From Acidobacteriota bacterium (lineage in GTDB: Bacteria; Acidobacteriota; UBA6911; RPQK01; JAJDTT01): a DNA stretch of 64,000 nt. Below are positions 10,788 through 20,291 of this stretch, one piece after another (position 1 is the stretch's first letter; the number at the start of each line of letters is the position of its first letter). The DNA lies in assembly GCA_965217775.1 (NCBI GenBank), contig CBDCJH010000002.1, positions 1,728,001 to 1,792,000 of the forward strand. The letters run 5' to 3'. The notes below the pieces were generated by a model. The model was not told the origin of the DNA, ran no database searches, and saw only the letters and a program-made list of their open reading frames with translations. A program made the position numbers and the translations under genes.

Positions 10788-12389
10788 TTGAAGCGATCCA
10801 CGCTCTTCGGAATGGCATTGCTGGCGCTCCCGCTGTTCGTGTCGCTGGGCACCTCCTCCATCTGGGACTCGAACGAAGCCTTTTACGTTCAGACCCCACG
10901 CGAAATGGTGGAGCACGGGGATTGGATCGTTCCCCGCTTCAACGGACAACCCCGGGTGAACAAACCCCCGCTCAGCTATTGGCTGGTCGCCGCAGCCTAC
11001 TCGGCATTCGGGGTCTCCGTCTTCTGGGAACGGCTGCTTCTGGCCCTCTTGGCCTACGCCTCCGTGTGGGCCGTCTTTCTCTCGGGACGGATTCTGATCT
11101 CGGAAAGGGCGGCTTTGCTGGCGTCCGTCCTGTTCGCCACCACCTTCCGCTTCCAGATCCTGGCTCGCAGGCTGCTCATCGACATCCTGCTCCTGTTCTG
11201 TATCCTTGCGGCGCTGACCGCTTTCCTCTACTGGTGGAAGCGGCGGCGTGATTCAAGCCTGATCCTGGCGGCTCTTTTTCTGGGTCTGGGAGTGTTGGCC
11301 AAAGGACCGGTCATCCTTTTGCCCGCGCTGATAATCGCCGCCTACGCACTTCTTTCGGTGCCGTCCGGCCAGCTTCGCCAAGCTCCCTGGGCCCGTTCTC
11401 TCCTGGTGTTCTGCCTGGTCTCGAGTTCCTGGTATCTGCTGCTGGGGTTCACCCAAGGCTGGGAGTCGGTGTTCGACTTCCTCTGGAAAGAGAATCTGGG
11501 CCGGTTCACCCACGTGGACTTCGGCCCCCAGCGGGGGCTTCAATACTATCCCCTGGTTTTCCTGGCTGATTATCTTCCCTGGTCGATCCTCCTTCTCGGC
11601 GCTCTGGCCGGCAGGTGGTCCGCTCGTCACTACCCCGACCGCAGTCTCTCCATCCTCCTCGCGCTCTGGCTGGGGATCTTTCTCGTCTTCTTCTCCCTTT
11701 CTCACAACAAGCAGGAGTACTATATCCTCCCCGTCTATCCGGTGGCTTCCCTGTGGCTGGCCGCGTATCTGGACCGGGAGACTTTGCCCGGCTGGAGCCG
11801 GTGGCTGATTTGTGGAGTCCTGATCGCCGCCACCGCGTCCCTGACCCTTCTGGCCTATTCCCTGTTCCGGGACGTGGCTGGGTGGTGGCTTCCCGTTCCT
11901 TTCCTGGCGGCGGTTGCATTGGCCGTGGCGGGATCACGAATTCGCCTGGCGGCCTGGACTTTGACCCTCTTCTACGCGTTGGCTTTCCACGTCTACCTTC
12001 AACCTCTGGAAGAGTACCGTCCGGTCCGTCACCTGGCGGAGATCATCCGCTCCAGAAGCCCGTCCGCAGATCCCGTGACCGCCGGCTACTATCGATTGTC
12101 GACTCCAAGCCTTGCCTACTATCTGAATTCGCCTGTTCTGGAGCTCGGAACGCCGCAACAGGCCCTGGAGGCGCTGCGATCCCCTCGGCCCGTCTACTTG
12201 ATCATGGCCGCGGAGGACTACACCGAGCTGAAGAGGGAAATGGGTCCAACCCTGAAAATTGAGGGAGTCCGACCCAAACTGTATACTACCGTTTCCACGC
12301 TGGTCGAAGGATGGAAACTTGGCCGACTCGACACTCGCCCCGAGGCTTGGACCCGCTCCGTCTACCTGGTCAGCAACCAGGGTGGATGA
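10788..12389 (+). CDS. ArnT-like GT-C (family 39) polyprenyl-phosphate sugar transferase
   Basis: WDSNEAFY...REM...GDWIVP...KPPLSYW, LAKGPV, K..YYILP; many TM helices. Confidence 0.85.
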   Translation: MKRSTLFGMALLALPLFVSLGTSSIWDSNEAFYVQTPREMVEHGDWIVPRFNGQPRVNKPPLSYWLVAAAYSAFGVSVFWERLLLALLAYASVWAVFLSGRILISERAALLASVLFATTFRFQILARRLLIDILLLFCILAALTAFLYWWKRRRDSSLILAALFLGLGVLAKGPVILLPALIIAAYALLSVPSGQLRQAPWARSLLVFCLVSSSWYLLLGFTQGWESVFDFLWKENLGRFTHVDFGPQRGLQYYPLVFLADYLPWSILLLGALAGRWSARHYPDRSLSILLALWLGIFLVFFSLSHNKQEYYILPVYPVASLWLAAYLDRETLPGWSRWLICGVLIAATASLTLLAYSLFRDVAGWWLPVPFLAAVALAVAGSRIRLAAWTLTLFYALAFHVYLQPLEEYRPVRHLAEIIRSRSPSADPVTAGYYRLSTPSLAYYLNSPVLELGTPQQALEALRSPRPVYLIMAAEDYTELKREMGPTLKIEGVRPKLYTTVSTLVEGWKLGRLDTRPEAWTRSVYLVSNQGG

Positions 12390-13380
12390 GCCCCCTCCAA
12401 GACTGTCCATCATCGTTCCCGTCTACAACGAGAGACCCAATCTGGAGATCCTGCACCAGGATTTGACGAGGGTTCTCCAAGGACTCGATCCCGAATACGA
12501 GATTCTCTTCATCGACGACGGAAGCAGCGACGGAGGAAGTCGAATCCTGGCCGATCTCGCCGCACGGGACCATCATGTCCTGGTGCTGCAATTCGCTCGC
12601 AACTTCGGACAGACGGCAGCCCTGTCGGCGGGTTTCGACCATGCCCGGGGCGAGATCATCATTCCCATGGATGCCGATCTCCAGAACGATCCCGCCGATA
12701 TTCCGCAGATCCTGGACAAACTCGACGAGGGGTACGATGTGGTCAGTTGCTGGAGAAAGGATCGGCAGGACCCGTGGCTGACCCGGATTCTCCCCTCTCG
12801 GGCCGCCAACCGAATCATCAGCTGGATCAGCGGCGTGCGTCTCCGCGACTACGGATGCACCCTCAAGGGTTACCGGAGCGAAATCCTGCAACATATCCGT
12901 CTCTATGGAGAAATGCACCGGTTCATTCCAGTCTATGCGAGCTGGACGGGAGCCAGAGTGACCGAGATCCCGGTCCGCCATCACCCCCGCCGGCACGGAC
13001 GATCCAAGTACGGCCTGCTGCGGACCCTCAAGGTTCCTCTGGATCTGATGACCGTCAAGTTTCTGGTCAGCTATTCCACCAAGCCCATGTATCTTTTTGG
13101 GGGATTGGGGCTGGTCTCGATCCTCTTCGGATGGCTGCTCAGCGCGCTCGCCCTCTACCAGAAGTTTCTCCAGGATGTGAAGGTCCACCGCAATCCCCTC
13201 CTCCTGCTTGCGGTGTTCCTCTGCATCGTGGGAATTCAATTCATTCTGTTCGGCTTGGTGGCGGAGCTCATCATCCGGACGTACCACGAGTCGCAGGGTA
13301 AGCCGACCTACATTCTCAGTCGGACGATCCGAAAGGAACAGGAGTCCCGATCGCACTCGGGCGGCTCGGTCCCGGAGTAA
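12382..13380 (+). CDS. GT2 glycosyltransferase, ArnC/Dpm1-like
   Basis: SIIVPVYNE, DDGSSD, RNFGQTAA, MDADLQNDP, two C-terminal TMs; overlaps the ArnT-like stop. Confidence 0.9.
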   Translation: MDEPPPRLSIIVPVYNERPNLEILHQDLTRVLQGLDPEYEILFIDDGSSDGGSRILADLAARDHHVLVLQFARNFGQTAALSAGFDHARGEIIIPMDADLQNDPADIPQILDKLDEGYDVVSCWRKDRQDPWLTRILPSRAANRIISWISGVRLRDYGCTLKGYRSEILQHIRLYGEMHRFIPVYASWTGARVTEIPVRHHPRRHGRSKYGLLRTLKVPLDLMTVKFLVSYSTKPMYLFGGLGLVSILFGWLLSALALYQKFLQDVKVHRNPLLLLAVFLCIVGIQFILFGLVAELIIRTYHESQGKPTYILSRTIRKEQESRSHSGGSVPE

Positions 13381-13384
13381 TCCC

Positions 13385-14842
13385 ATGCAGGTTCTGGATT
13401 GGCTGCTGACGAACACGACGACGGTCTCGGGTTGGATCTGGGGTCCACCCATGATCGTGCTGCTCTTTGGCACCGGGATCCTCCTGACCGGAATGACCCG
13501 TTTCGTTCAGATTCGTCATCTTGTCAGCTCTGTCCGGCAGATCTTGAAGGGACCCAAGGCGGAGACCCGCGACCACCGGCGTTCCCAAGGGGACATCACG
13601 CCGTTTCAGGCCCTGATGACCGCGTTGTCGGCGACCGTAGGCAACGGAAACATCGCCGGCGTCGCGACGGCCATTGCGGCCGGCGGTCCGGGAGCCGCCT
13701 TCTGGATGTGGATCACCGCCGTCTTCGGAATGGCAACCAAGTACTCGGAAGCGGTTCTGGCCATTCTCTTCCGCCGGCGCATGCGGGACGGAACCATGGC
13801 CGGCGGGCCCATGTACTACTGTCGAGACGGCGTCAGGGGGCAACTGGGTTTCGTCCTGGGGGGCATCTTTGCCGTGTGCGGTGCGGCGACCGCCCTTTTT
13901 GGAACGGGAAACATGTTCCAGTCCCAGTCCATGGCCACGGCGGTCCGGGAGCAGTTTGGAACTCCTCAATGGGTGACCGGCCTGATCATGAGCCTGCTGG
14001 TGGGACTGGTGATCATCGGCGGCATACGCCGGATCGGAGCTGTCGCCGAGCGCCTGGTTCCGGTCATGATCATTTTCTATTTTGCCGGCGCCCTGCTGGT
14101 GATCGTCAGCAACATCTCGCTGGTTCCGGACGCCTTCCGACTGATCGTCGTGTCCGCCTTCAGTCCTCAGGCCGTGTTTGGAGGAGGCGTGGGCATCGGA
14201 GTTCAGCAGGCGATGCGATTCGGAGTGGCTCGCGGCGTCCTCTCCAATGAGTCGGGCCTGGGAAGCGCGGCCATCGCCCATGGGGCTGCCCGGACTCGAT
14301 ACCCCGTGGTCCAGGGCGGGATCGCCATGATGGGCACCTTCATCGACACCATCATCGTCTGCACGCTCACGGCTCTGGCCATAACCGTCTCCGGCGCCTA
14401 CCGCAGTGCTGCCTTCCTGGTGGAGGACGGTCTCCTGGGGGCCGATCTCACGGTGCACGCGTTCAGCGTAGGCATGCCGGATTGGACCGGTGGTTGGGGA
14501 GGCCTGGTCGTCGCCTTCGCTTCCCTGGTCTTCGGTTTCACCACGCTGATCGGTTGGAGCTACTACGGTCAGATCTGCTGCGAGTATCTCTTCGGTCTGA
14601 AAGTCGTCAAACCGTACCGGATCCTCTTCGTGGTGCTCCTGTTCGCGGGAGCGCTGCTCACCGGGCGCTATTCCTCGATCATCACCAACGTGGGCGACAT
14701 CTGTAACGCCGCAATGGCGTTCCCCAATCTCATCGCGCTGATCTTCCTGAGCCGCCGGGTCGCGGACGTCACCCGGCAGACCTACGACGCGGGAGATCCA
14801 TACGCGGCTCGCGTGCCCCGGCTGCCCGATCCTATCGGTTAG
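13385..14842 (+). CDS. Alanine/glycine:cation symporter (AGCS family)
   Basis: ATVGNGNIAGVATAI..GGPGAAFWMW, ARGVLSNESGLGSA. Confidence 0.93.
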   Translation: MQVLDWLLTNTTTVSGWIWGPPMIVLLFGTGILLTGMTRFVQIRHLVSSVRQILKGPKAETRDHRRSQGDITPFQALMTALSATVGNGNIAGVATAIAAGGPGAAFWMWITAVFGMATKYSEAVLAILFRRRMRDGTMAGGPMYYCRDGVRGQLGFVLGGIFAVCGAATALFGTGNMFQSQSMATAVREQFGTPQWVTGLIMSLLVGLVIIGGIRRIGAVAERLVPVMIIFYFAGALLVIVSNISLVPDAFRLIVVSAFSPQAVFGGGVGIGVQQAMRFGVARGVLSNESGLGSAAIAHGAARTRYPVVQGGIAMMGTFIDTIIVCTLTALAITVSGAYRSAAFLVEDGLLGADLTVHAFSVGMPDWTGGWGGLVVAFASLVFGFTTLIGWSYYGQICCEYLFGLKVVKPYRILFVVLLFAGALLTGRYSSIITNVGDICNAAMAFPNLIALIFLSRRVADVTRQTYDAGDPYAARVPRLPDPIG

Positions 14843-14892
14843 TTTTCGGAAGGTGGATACACGGGGAGTATCCGGATTCGAGCGACGTCACG

Positions 14893-15831
14893 TCACGGGG
14901 AAACGGACCGGTCGGACGATCGGGGCGGGAGTCCCGCCGCCTCTACGATTTCGGCCACCAACTCTTCCTGCCGATAGGCCATGATGTGGACTCCGCTGAT
15001 TCCGGGAATCTCCCGCGCCTCGCGGATGATCTCGACGCAGATCTGCATGCCCTCGCGGCGCTGACGGTTGCCGGGAACTCCCCTGAGACGGCGGATCACC
15101 TCATCCGGGATCACCACGCCGGGAATGTTGTTCCGGATCCATTGCGCCGCCTTGGCCGAGCGGAGGGGTCCGACGCCCAGCAGAAAGAAGACCTTCTCGT
15201 GCAAACCCAACTCCCCGACGGACTTCATGAAACGCCGGAGTCTGGGCAGGTCGAAACAGTACTGGCTCTGGATGAAGTCCGCCCCCGCTTCGATCTTCTT
15301 CATCAGCCGGAACGGACGGTAATCGAAGGGAGGAACGAAAGGATTGCTGGCGGCCCCCAGAAAAATCCGGGGGTTGGATTCCAGCTTCCTGCCGCTCAGG
15401 AAGCGGCCACCGTCCCGGAGCAGGCGGGCCGTTCTCAACAGAGTCATGCAATCCAGATCGAAGACCGGCTTGGCGTCCGGATGGTCGCCCACGCCCACGC
15501 CGTCGCCCGTCAGGCACAACACGTTCCGGATCCCCAGGGCCGCAGCTCCCAGCAGGTCTCCCTGAATCGCGATCCGGTTCCGGTCCCGGCAGGCGACCTG
15601 AAGCACCGGCTCGTAGCCTGCCTTCACCAGCAGGGAACAGACGGCCACGCTGGACATGTGGACATGGGCCCCGGAAGCATCGGTGGCGTTGATGGCATCA
15701 CATACCGGAGCCAGGACCAGCGCCCTTTCGCAGACCGTATCGGGATCCGCGGTGTCGGGGGAATTGATCTCGGCGGTGACGGCGAATCCGCCCGCGCGAA
15801 GCACCCGCTCCAGCCTGGAGCCAGACTTCAT
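14893..15831 (-). CDS. metF: Methylenetetrahydrofolate reductase
   Basis: CRDRNRIAIQGDLLGA, LCLTGD, KKIEAGADFIQSQ; start taken at MKSGSRLE. Confidence 0.9.
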   Translation of the reverse strand: MKSGSRLERVLRAGGFAVTAEINSPDTADPDTVCERALVLAPVCDAINATDASGAHVHMSSVAVCSLLVKAGYEPVLQVACRDRNRIAIQGDLLGAAALGIRNVLCLTGDGVGVGDHPDAKPVFDLDCMTLLRTARLLRDGGRFLSGRKLESNPRIFLGAASNPFVPPFDYRPFRLMKKIEAGADFIQSQYCFDLPRLRRFMKSVGELGLHEKVFFLLGVGPLRSAKAAQWIRNNIPGVVIPDEVIRRLRGVPGNRQRREGMQICVEIIREAREIPGISGVHIMAYRQEELVAEIVEAAGLPPRSSDRSVSP

Positions 15832-15836
15832 GGGGG

Positions 15837-16289
15837 TCACTGCTTCCAATGGGACTTCGCCTTTCCGGCATCCGAGAAGTGGTTGACCCAGGCGGACGAT
15901 CCCTGGAGGTCGTGACTCAGCGGCGGAAGCACGTGCAGGATCTCGGATCCGAAGTGGGGCATCTTTCCGGATCGTTCCCAAGCCTGCACCCAGACGCACG
16001 GCATTTCGGGAACCACCTCGCAATGTCCGTTCGGCCGCACCCCTCCGCAGGGTCCGTTGCGGAGATTCTTGGGGCAGGTCATGGGACAGGTCATCCCGGT
16101 GCTGTGCAGGACGCACTGTCCGCACATGCGGCAGTCGAACACGGCGCCTTTGGTCAATCGCTCCGCCGGAATCAGGAGCCGTTCGATCCGGCTCCCGGGT
16201 TTGAGCGACGACCGGAACCAACCAAGAATCTTAAGACTGATCAGATAGATCGACTCTAATACTTGAGGATGGTTCTGAAGGAATCTCAC
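15837..16289 (-). CDS. metV: MetV-like Cys-rich (Fe-S) MTHFR partner subunit
   Basis: FDCRMCGQC...CPMTCPKNLRNGPCGG...CEV...CVW motif directly upstream of metF. Confidence 0.85.
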   Translation of the reverse strand: MRFLQNHPQVLESIYLISLKILGWFRSSLKPGSRIERLLIPAERLTKGAVFDCRMCGQCVLHSTGMTCPMTCPKNLRNGPCGGVRPNGHCEVVPEMPCVWVQAWERSGKMPHFGSEILHVLPPLSHDLQGSSAWVNHFSDAGKAKSHWKQ

Positions 16290-16308
16290 GGTTTTCCCCT
16301 GCGCTCGT

Positions 16309-17946
16309 TCAACCTGTAGGACCCGAATCCAACACCGCCGGCATGGCCTGGAACAGACATCCTTCCACAAAAATATCGAAGAAATCTTCGGTCGTCTCCA
16401 ACTCGACGTGTTCAATACGCCTGACCATCTCTTCCAGGCGGCGCCTGAGGGTCCGGCTGGTCAACATGAGCGTGGCTCCCTCAAGCGCGCTGTTTCCCAC
16501 CTTGGCGACGCGGTCTTGGGGAAGCGGCGGGATAAACCCGATGGACATGGCGTTGTCCACGTTGACGTAGTTGGCGAAGCCTCCCGCCAGATAGAGCCGC
16601 TTGAGCTTGACCGGCGAGATCCCGTACTTCCTGAGAACGATCCACTGACCCGAGTAATTGGCCGCCTTCGCCTGTGCCAGGGCGCTGATGTCGGCTCGGG
16701 ACAAGAAAATCCCGCGTTCGCCCGGAATGCTGAACCGGTCCAGCCCTCCCGCAAGAACGCCGAGATAGTTCATGTCGTCTACCCGGAGCAACTCTGCCAG
16801 GAGGTCGATCAAGCCCGAACCGCAGATCCCCTCCGGCGTGGCTCCACCGATGGTCCTCCAGATCACCTCTCCGTTCCGGAGTTCGACCGACTCGATGGCG
16901 CCGTCGTAACCGGGCATGCCGAAGGTGATCTCACCACCCTCGAATGCGGGTCCTGCCGGGCAGGAGGCGGCCATCATGCCATGGCGGTTGCCGACCACCA
17001 CTTCCGTGTTGGTTCCCACATCGACCAACATGACCGCATCTTCTTCCTCATCCATGCCGACGGCCAAAAGGTCGGCAGCCACGTCGGCGCCGACGTGACA
17101 ACCGATCAAAGGCCCGCCGTAGACATTGGCGTCGGGATGGACTCTCAGTCCCAGATCCCGAGCCGGGAAATTCAGGAGGGTGTCGGCTCTGTCACCCCGT
17201 TCCATTTCCAGTTGGGTGATGGACTGGTACGGTCTTTCGCCGATGGTCTGGATGTCGAGGCCGAAAAACAGATCTCGCATGGCGGCGTTGCCCACGATGA
17301 CGACTTCGTAGATCTGGCGCCGCGGCACCCCTGTCATCCGGCTCAACTCACGGATCTCGTAGTTGAGTCCGGCAATCACCGAGTTCCGGAGCTCCCCCCG
17401 ATAGGGTCCGCCGTCATAGGAAATCCGGCGCATGATGTCGCTGCCGCCGAATCTCTGCGGGTTTTCGAACGAACCGGTGTGCAGGACCGCTCCGCTTCCG
17501 AGATCCACCAGATTCAGGGCGACGGTCGTCGTCCCCAGGTCTACGGCAAGGCCGTAGATCCCGCCCCGATGGGAGTCGATGATATTGCCATCATAGACGA
17601 CGTTGCCTCCCTGAAGCCGTGTCATGGGCTCGATGGGAGCCTGGCGCCGAACGGTTTGGGTCAGGATCTTGGGACGGCGATGCAGCAGGGCAAATTCGAT
17701 GGTTGCGTCGGCATCCAGGACCCGAGCTTGACAGGCAAGCCGATAGTCGTTGCGGAGGAACTCTTCGGCTTTCGAGGCGGAGGTCAGGGCTTCCCCACCC
17801 CGGACGATCCGGACGATGCACTCGTGACACTCTCCGCTACGGCGACAGGAGGTCGGGACCCGCACCTGAAGGTCGTCGGCATAGTCGAAAATGGTCCTGT
17901 CTGGAACCAGGTCCAGCTTGCGATTACCGTAGTGGAGGGGGGACAT
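16309..17946 (-). CDS. ASKHA-family reductive activator of corrinoid proteins (RACo/AcsV-like) with N-terminal 2Fe-2S domain
   Basis: C-x4-C-x2-C...RLACQA ferredoxin, DLGTTT, DVGTNTE, AGPAFEG, GICGSGLID, LAGGFA. Confidence 0.92.
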   Translation of the reverse strand: MSPLHYGNRKLDLVPDRTIFDYADDLQVRVPTSCRRSGECHECIVRIVRGGEALTSASKAEEFLRNDYRLACQARVLDADATIEFALLHRRPKILTQTVRRQAPIEPMTRLQGGNVVYDGNIIDSHRGGIYGLAVDLGTTTVALNLVDLGSGAVLHTGSFENPQRFGGSDIMRRISYDGGPYRGELRNSVIAGLNYEIRELSRMTGVPRRQIYEVVIVGNAAMRDLFFGLDIQTIGERPYQSITQLEMERGDRADTLLNFPARDLGLRVHPDANVYGGPLIGCHVGADVAADLLAVGMDEEEDAVMLVDVGTNTEVVVGNRHGMMAASCPAGPAFEGGEITFGMPGYDGAIESVELRNGEVIWRTIGGATPEGICGSGLIDLLAELLRVDDMNYLGVLAGGLDRFSIPGERGIFLSRADISALAQAKAANYSGQWIVLRKYGISPVKLKRLYLAGGFANYVNVDNAMSIGFIPPLPQDRVAKVGNSALEGATLMLTSRTLRRRLEEMVRRIEHVELETTEDFFDIFVEGCLFQAMPAVLDSGPTG

Positions 17947-18034
17947 GACAGCGCAACACCCTGTTCCAGCGCTCCGCGGGCGCGATTGCCGGTTCCTCTA
18001 ACGAAAGGGGCCGCAGGATCCGGTCAGCCGACAG

Positions 18035-18050
18035 CCTACGGCGCAGACTC
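18035..18050 (-). mobile_element. Left-end remnant of MITE family B abutting CTAG, which contains the stop codon of the 88-aa gene
   Basis: Minus strand CTAG-GAGTCTGCGCCGTAGG versus CTAG-GAGTCTGCGCGGTAGG at 22432. Confidence 0.6.
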
Positions 18051-18317
18051 CTAGACTTCCCAGGCATCCCGATAATTCAGATCGTCACTTCCGGTACAGA
18101 GAGGCAACCCTTCGGAACCGGAACGCCTGGACTGGTTTCGGCACCCGAAACGGGCGGTGCAGCAATCCCGGGCATTCTTGTAGGGACACCGCCACTTGGA
18201 TACGAGATTGGCAGTCTCGCCGATCTGTTGGTAGATCTCCCAGAGGCGATCCATGCTGGCCTTGAGTTTCGCCTTGTCGACAGGTTGGAAATTCCCAGGG
18301 ACGTCTGTTCGTGGCAC
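18051..18317 (-). CDS. Small Cys-rich hypothetical protein in the methyltransferase cluster
   Basis: Co-oriented and fills the gap between corrinoid protein and RACo; RCPYKNARDCCTARFGCRNQ...CTG. Confidence 0.7.
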   Translation of the reverse strand: MPRTDVPGNFQPVDKAKLKASMDRLWEIYQQIGETANLVSKWRCPYKNARDCCTARFGCRNQSRRSGSEGLPLCTGSDDLNYRDAWEV

Positions 18318-18340
18318 TGCAAGTCCGTCGAGGATCGGTC

Positions 18341-19108
18341 CTAGGAGGATTCGGAGACAGCCTCCTGAGGTATTTCCTGCCCGATACCCAGGAGTTCCTT
18401 GGCCTTGTCCACACAGTCAATGGCGTCCTTGCCATAGCGGTCGGCCCCCATGTCGTCCGCGAATTCCTGAGTCACCGGAGCTCCGCCCACCATGGTGCTG
18501 ACCACATCTCTCAGACCGGCATCCTCCAAGGCCTGGATGGTTCGTCCCATGTTGGGCATGGTCGTCGTCAGCAGGGCCGACATTCCGATGATCTGGGGTT
18601 CGTATTCGAACACCGAATCGACAAACTCGTCCGGCTTGGTATCGACACCCAGATCGTGCACGACGAAACCGGCTCCCCGGAGCATCATGATGCACAGGTT
18701 TTTCCCGATATCGTGGAGGTCACCCTTGACCGTTCCCATGACCACGGTGCCCATGGGTGGAATATCGGAAGCGGATAGTATGGGTTCGATGTGCGCCATC
18801 CCCGCTTTCATGGCGCGGGCTGAAATCAGAACCTCGGGAACGAAAATGATGTTGTCCCGGAATTTGATCCCCACCAGCGCCATGCCGGCAATCAGTCCGT
18901 CATCCAACACCGTATTGGCGGCGTAATCGGAGTCCAGGGCCTCCCTCGTGAGGCGGTCGACCTCGTGCTGGTTGCCTATGATCAAGGCATAGCTGATGTC
19001 TTGCATCAAAGGATCGGCGTTTCGGAAGAGCGACTTGATGTGCTCTCGCTCGTGCCGCCGCGCCACGTGGCGGAGTTCCCTGGTCAGGCCCTCATTGATA
19101 TTCGACAT
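18341..19108 (-). CDS. Cobalamin-binding corrinoid protein (MtaC/MetH cap + B12-binding domains)
   Basis: FVPEVLISARAMKAG cap, GTVKGDLHDIGKN (DxHxxG), SALLTTT, MVGGAPV. Confidence 0.93.
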   Translation of the reverse strand: MSNINEGLTRELRHVARRHEREHIKSLFRNADPLMQDISYALIIGNQHEVDRLTREALDSDYAANTVLDDGLIAGMALVGIKFRDNIIFVPEVLISARAMKAGMAHIEPILSASDIPPMGTVVMGTVKGDLHDIGKNLCIMMLRGAGFVVHDLGVDTKPDEFVDSVFEYEPQIIGMSALLTTTMPNMGRTIQALEDAGLRDVVSTMVGGAPVTQEFADDMGADRYGKDAIDCVDKAKELLGIGQEIPQEAVSESS

Positions 19109-19224
19109 ACTGGAAAGACCACCTGGATCACCGAATTTCAAAGACGCGTAGACGAACTAAGGGAGAAATTAAACCTTTTCGGGTCGAGGTTTGTCAAACC
19201 AGCCGGCGTGCGGTACAGGGCCCT

Positions 19225-20271
19225 TCAGACCCCGGTCAACCGGCCATCCCGCCAAGCCTGAATGTAGTTCATGCAGAAATCGTCCCGGCCCAAAAGCATG
19301 TCCCGGGCCAAGCCGACTCGTTCCGAATCCAGGTCCAGGGCGAATACGTCCCGCACGCGATTCTGGACGGGATCCATGATGGCGGCGTCGATGCCGGATT
19401 CCAGGCTCAGGTGAATGAAGGTCGCGTTGATGAGCTTCCGATTGGGAAGGCCGAAGGAAACGTTGCTCAACCCGCCGGTGACGTGCACGTCATTGCCGAA
19501 GATTCGCCGGACCTCCTCGACGGCATCCAGAAAATGACGCCCGAATTCGGGCGAAACCGATATCGGGAAGACGAGACAGTCGATGTACACGTCGTCCAGA
19601 GGAAATCCCCGTCTCACGACCGCCTCCATGACCTGTTCCACGTTGGAGACGCGGTCGTCCGAGCTCTCCGGCATTCCCTCCTTTCCGGCGGCCGTCACAA
19701 TCATGCGGGCATCGTTTTCCTGGACCAGGTCCAGGGTTTCCAGTCGCTCCAGAGCGACGGAATTGACCAGAGGACGGTCCGATCTGCGGGTGTGGGCAAC
19801 CAACCCCGCGGCGATGATCTCCGCGTTGGAAGAATCGATGCTGAGAGGCAGCACCGTCATTTCCTGGACTCTCTCCACCAGCCAGGTCATGGCTCGCTTC
19901 TGAATCTTGATGTCGTAGGAGATCTCGTCGACGTTCAGATCGAGGAAATGGGCGCCGGCGGCTTCCTGGCGGCGGACCTCGAATTCGATGTAGGCGGTCC
20001 CCTCCGCCTCCTCCACGGGATCTCCGCTGATCCCCTTCCGGACAGCAATCATGAAATGCTTGATCTGACCTTGCTCGTAGGGCTGCGTCTTCTTGAAACT
20101 CTCGGGCACCCGAAGGTACCGGCGCTCACCGGGACTGGGATCGAAGAAGACGGCCTCTGCTCCGTCGGGCGCCGTCTCAGTCCGCTTGCCATTGCGCAAG
20201 ACGATGCGAGTCGTATGAATGTTCTCGCCGATGATGATCAGACCGCTGGGGTCATGGACGAGCTTTGACAT
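19225..20271 (-). CDS. Methyltetrahydrofolate:corrinoid methyltransferase (AcsE-like pterin-binding domain)
   Basis: IIIGENIH, LDLNVD, LSIDSS, GGLSNVSFGLP, AAIMDP; start taken at MSKLVHD. Confidence 0.88.
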   Translation of the reverse strand: MSKLVHDPSGLIIIGENIHTTRIVLRNGKRTETAPDGAEAVFFDPSPGERRYLRVPESFKKTQPYEQGQIKHFMIAVRKGISGDPVEEAEGTAYIEFEVRRQEAAGAHFLDLNVDEISYDIKIQKRAMTWLVERVQEMTVLPLSIDSSNAEIIAAGLVAHTRRSDRPLVNSVALERLETLDLVQENDARMIVTAAGKEGMPESSDDRVSNVEQVMEAVVRRGFPLDDVYIDCLVFPISVSPEFGRHFLDAVEEVRRIFGNDVHVTGGLSNVSFGLPNRKLINATFIHLSLESGIDAAIMDPVQNRVRDVFALDLDSERVGLARDMLLGRDDFCMNYIQAWRDGRLTGV

Positions 20272-20291
20272 GGAACACCCGGTTGACCGCT

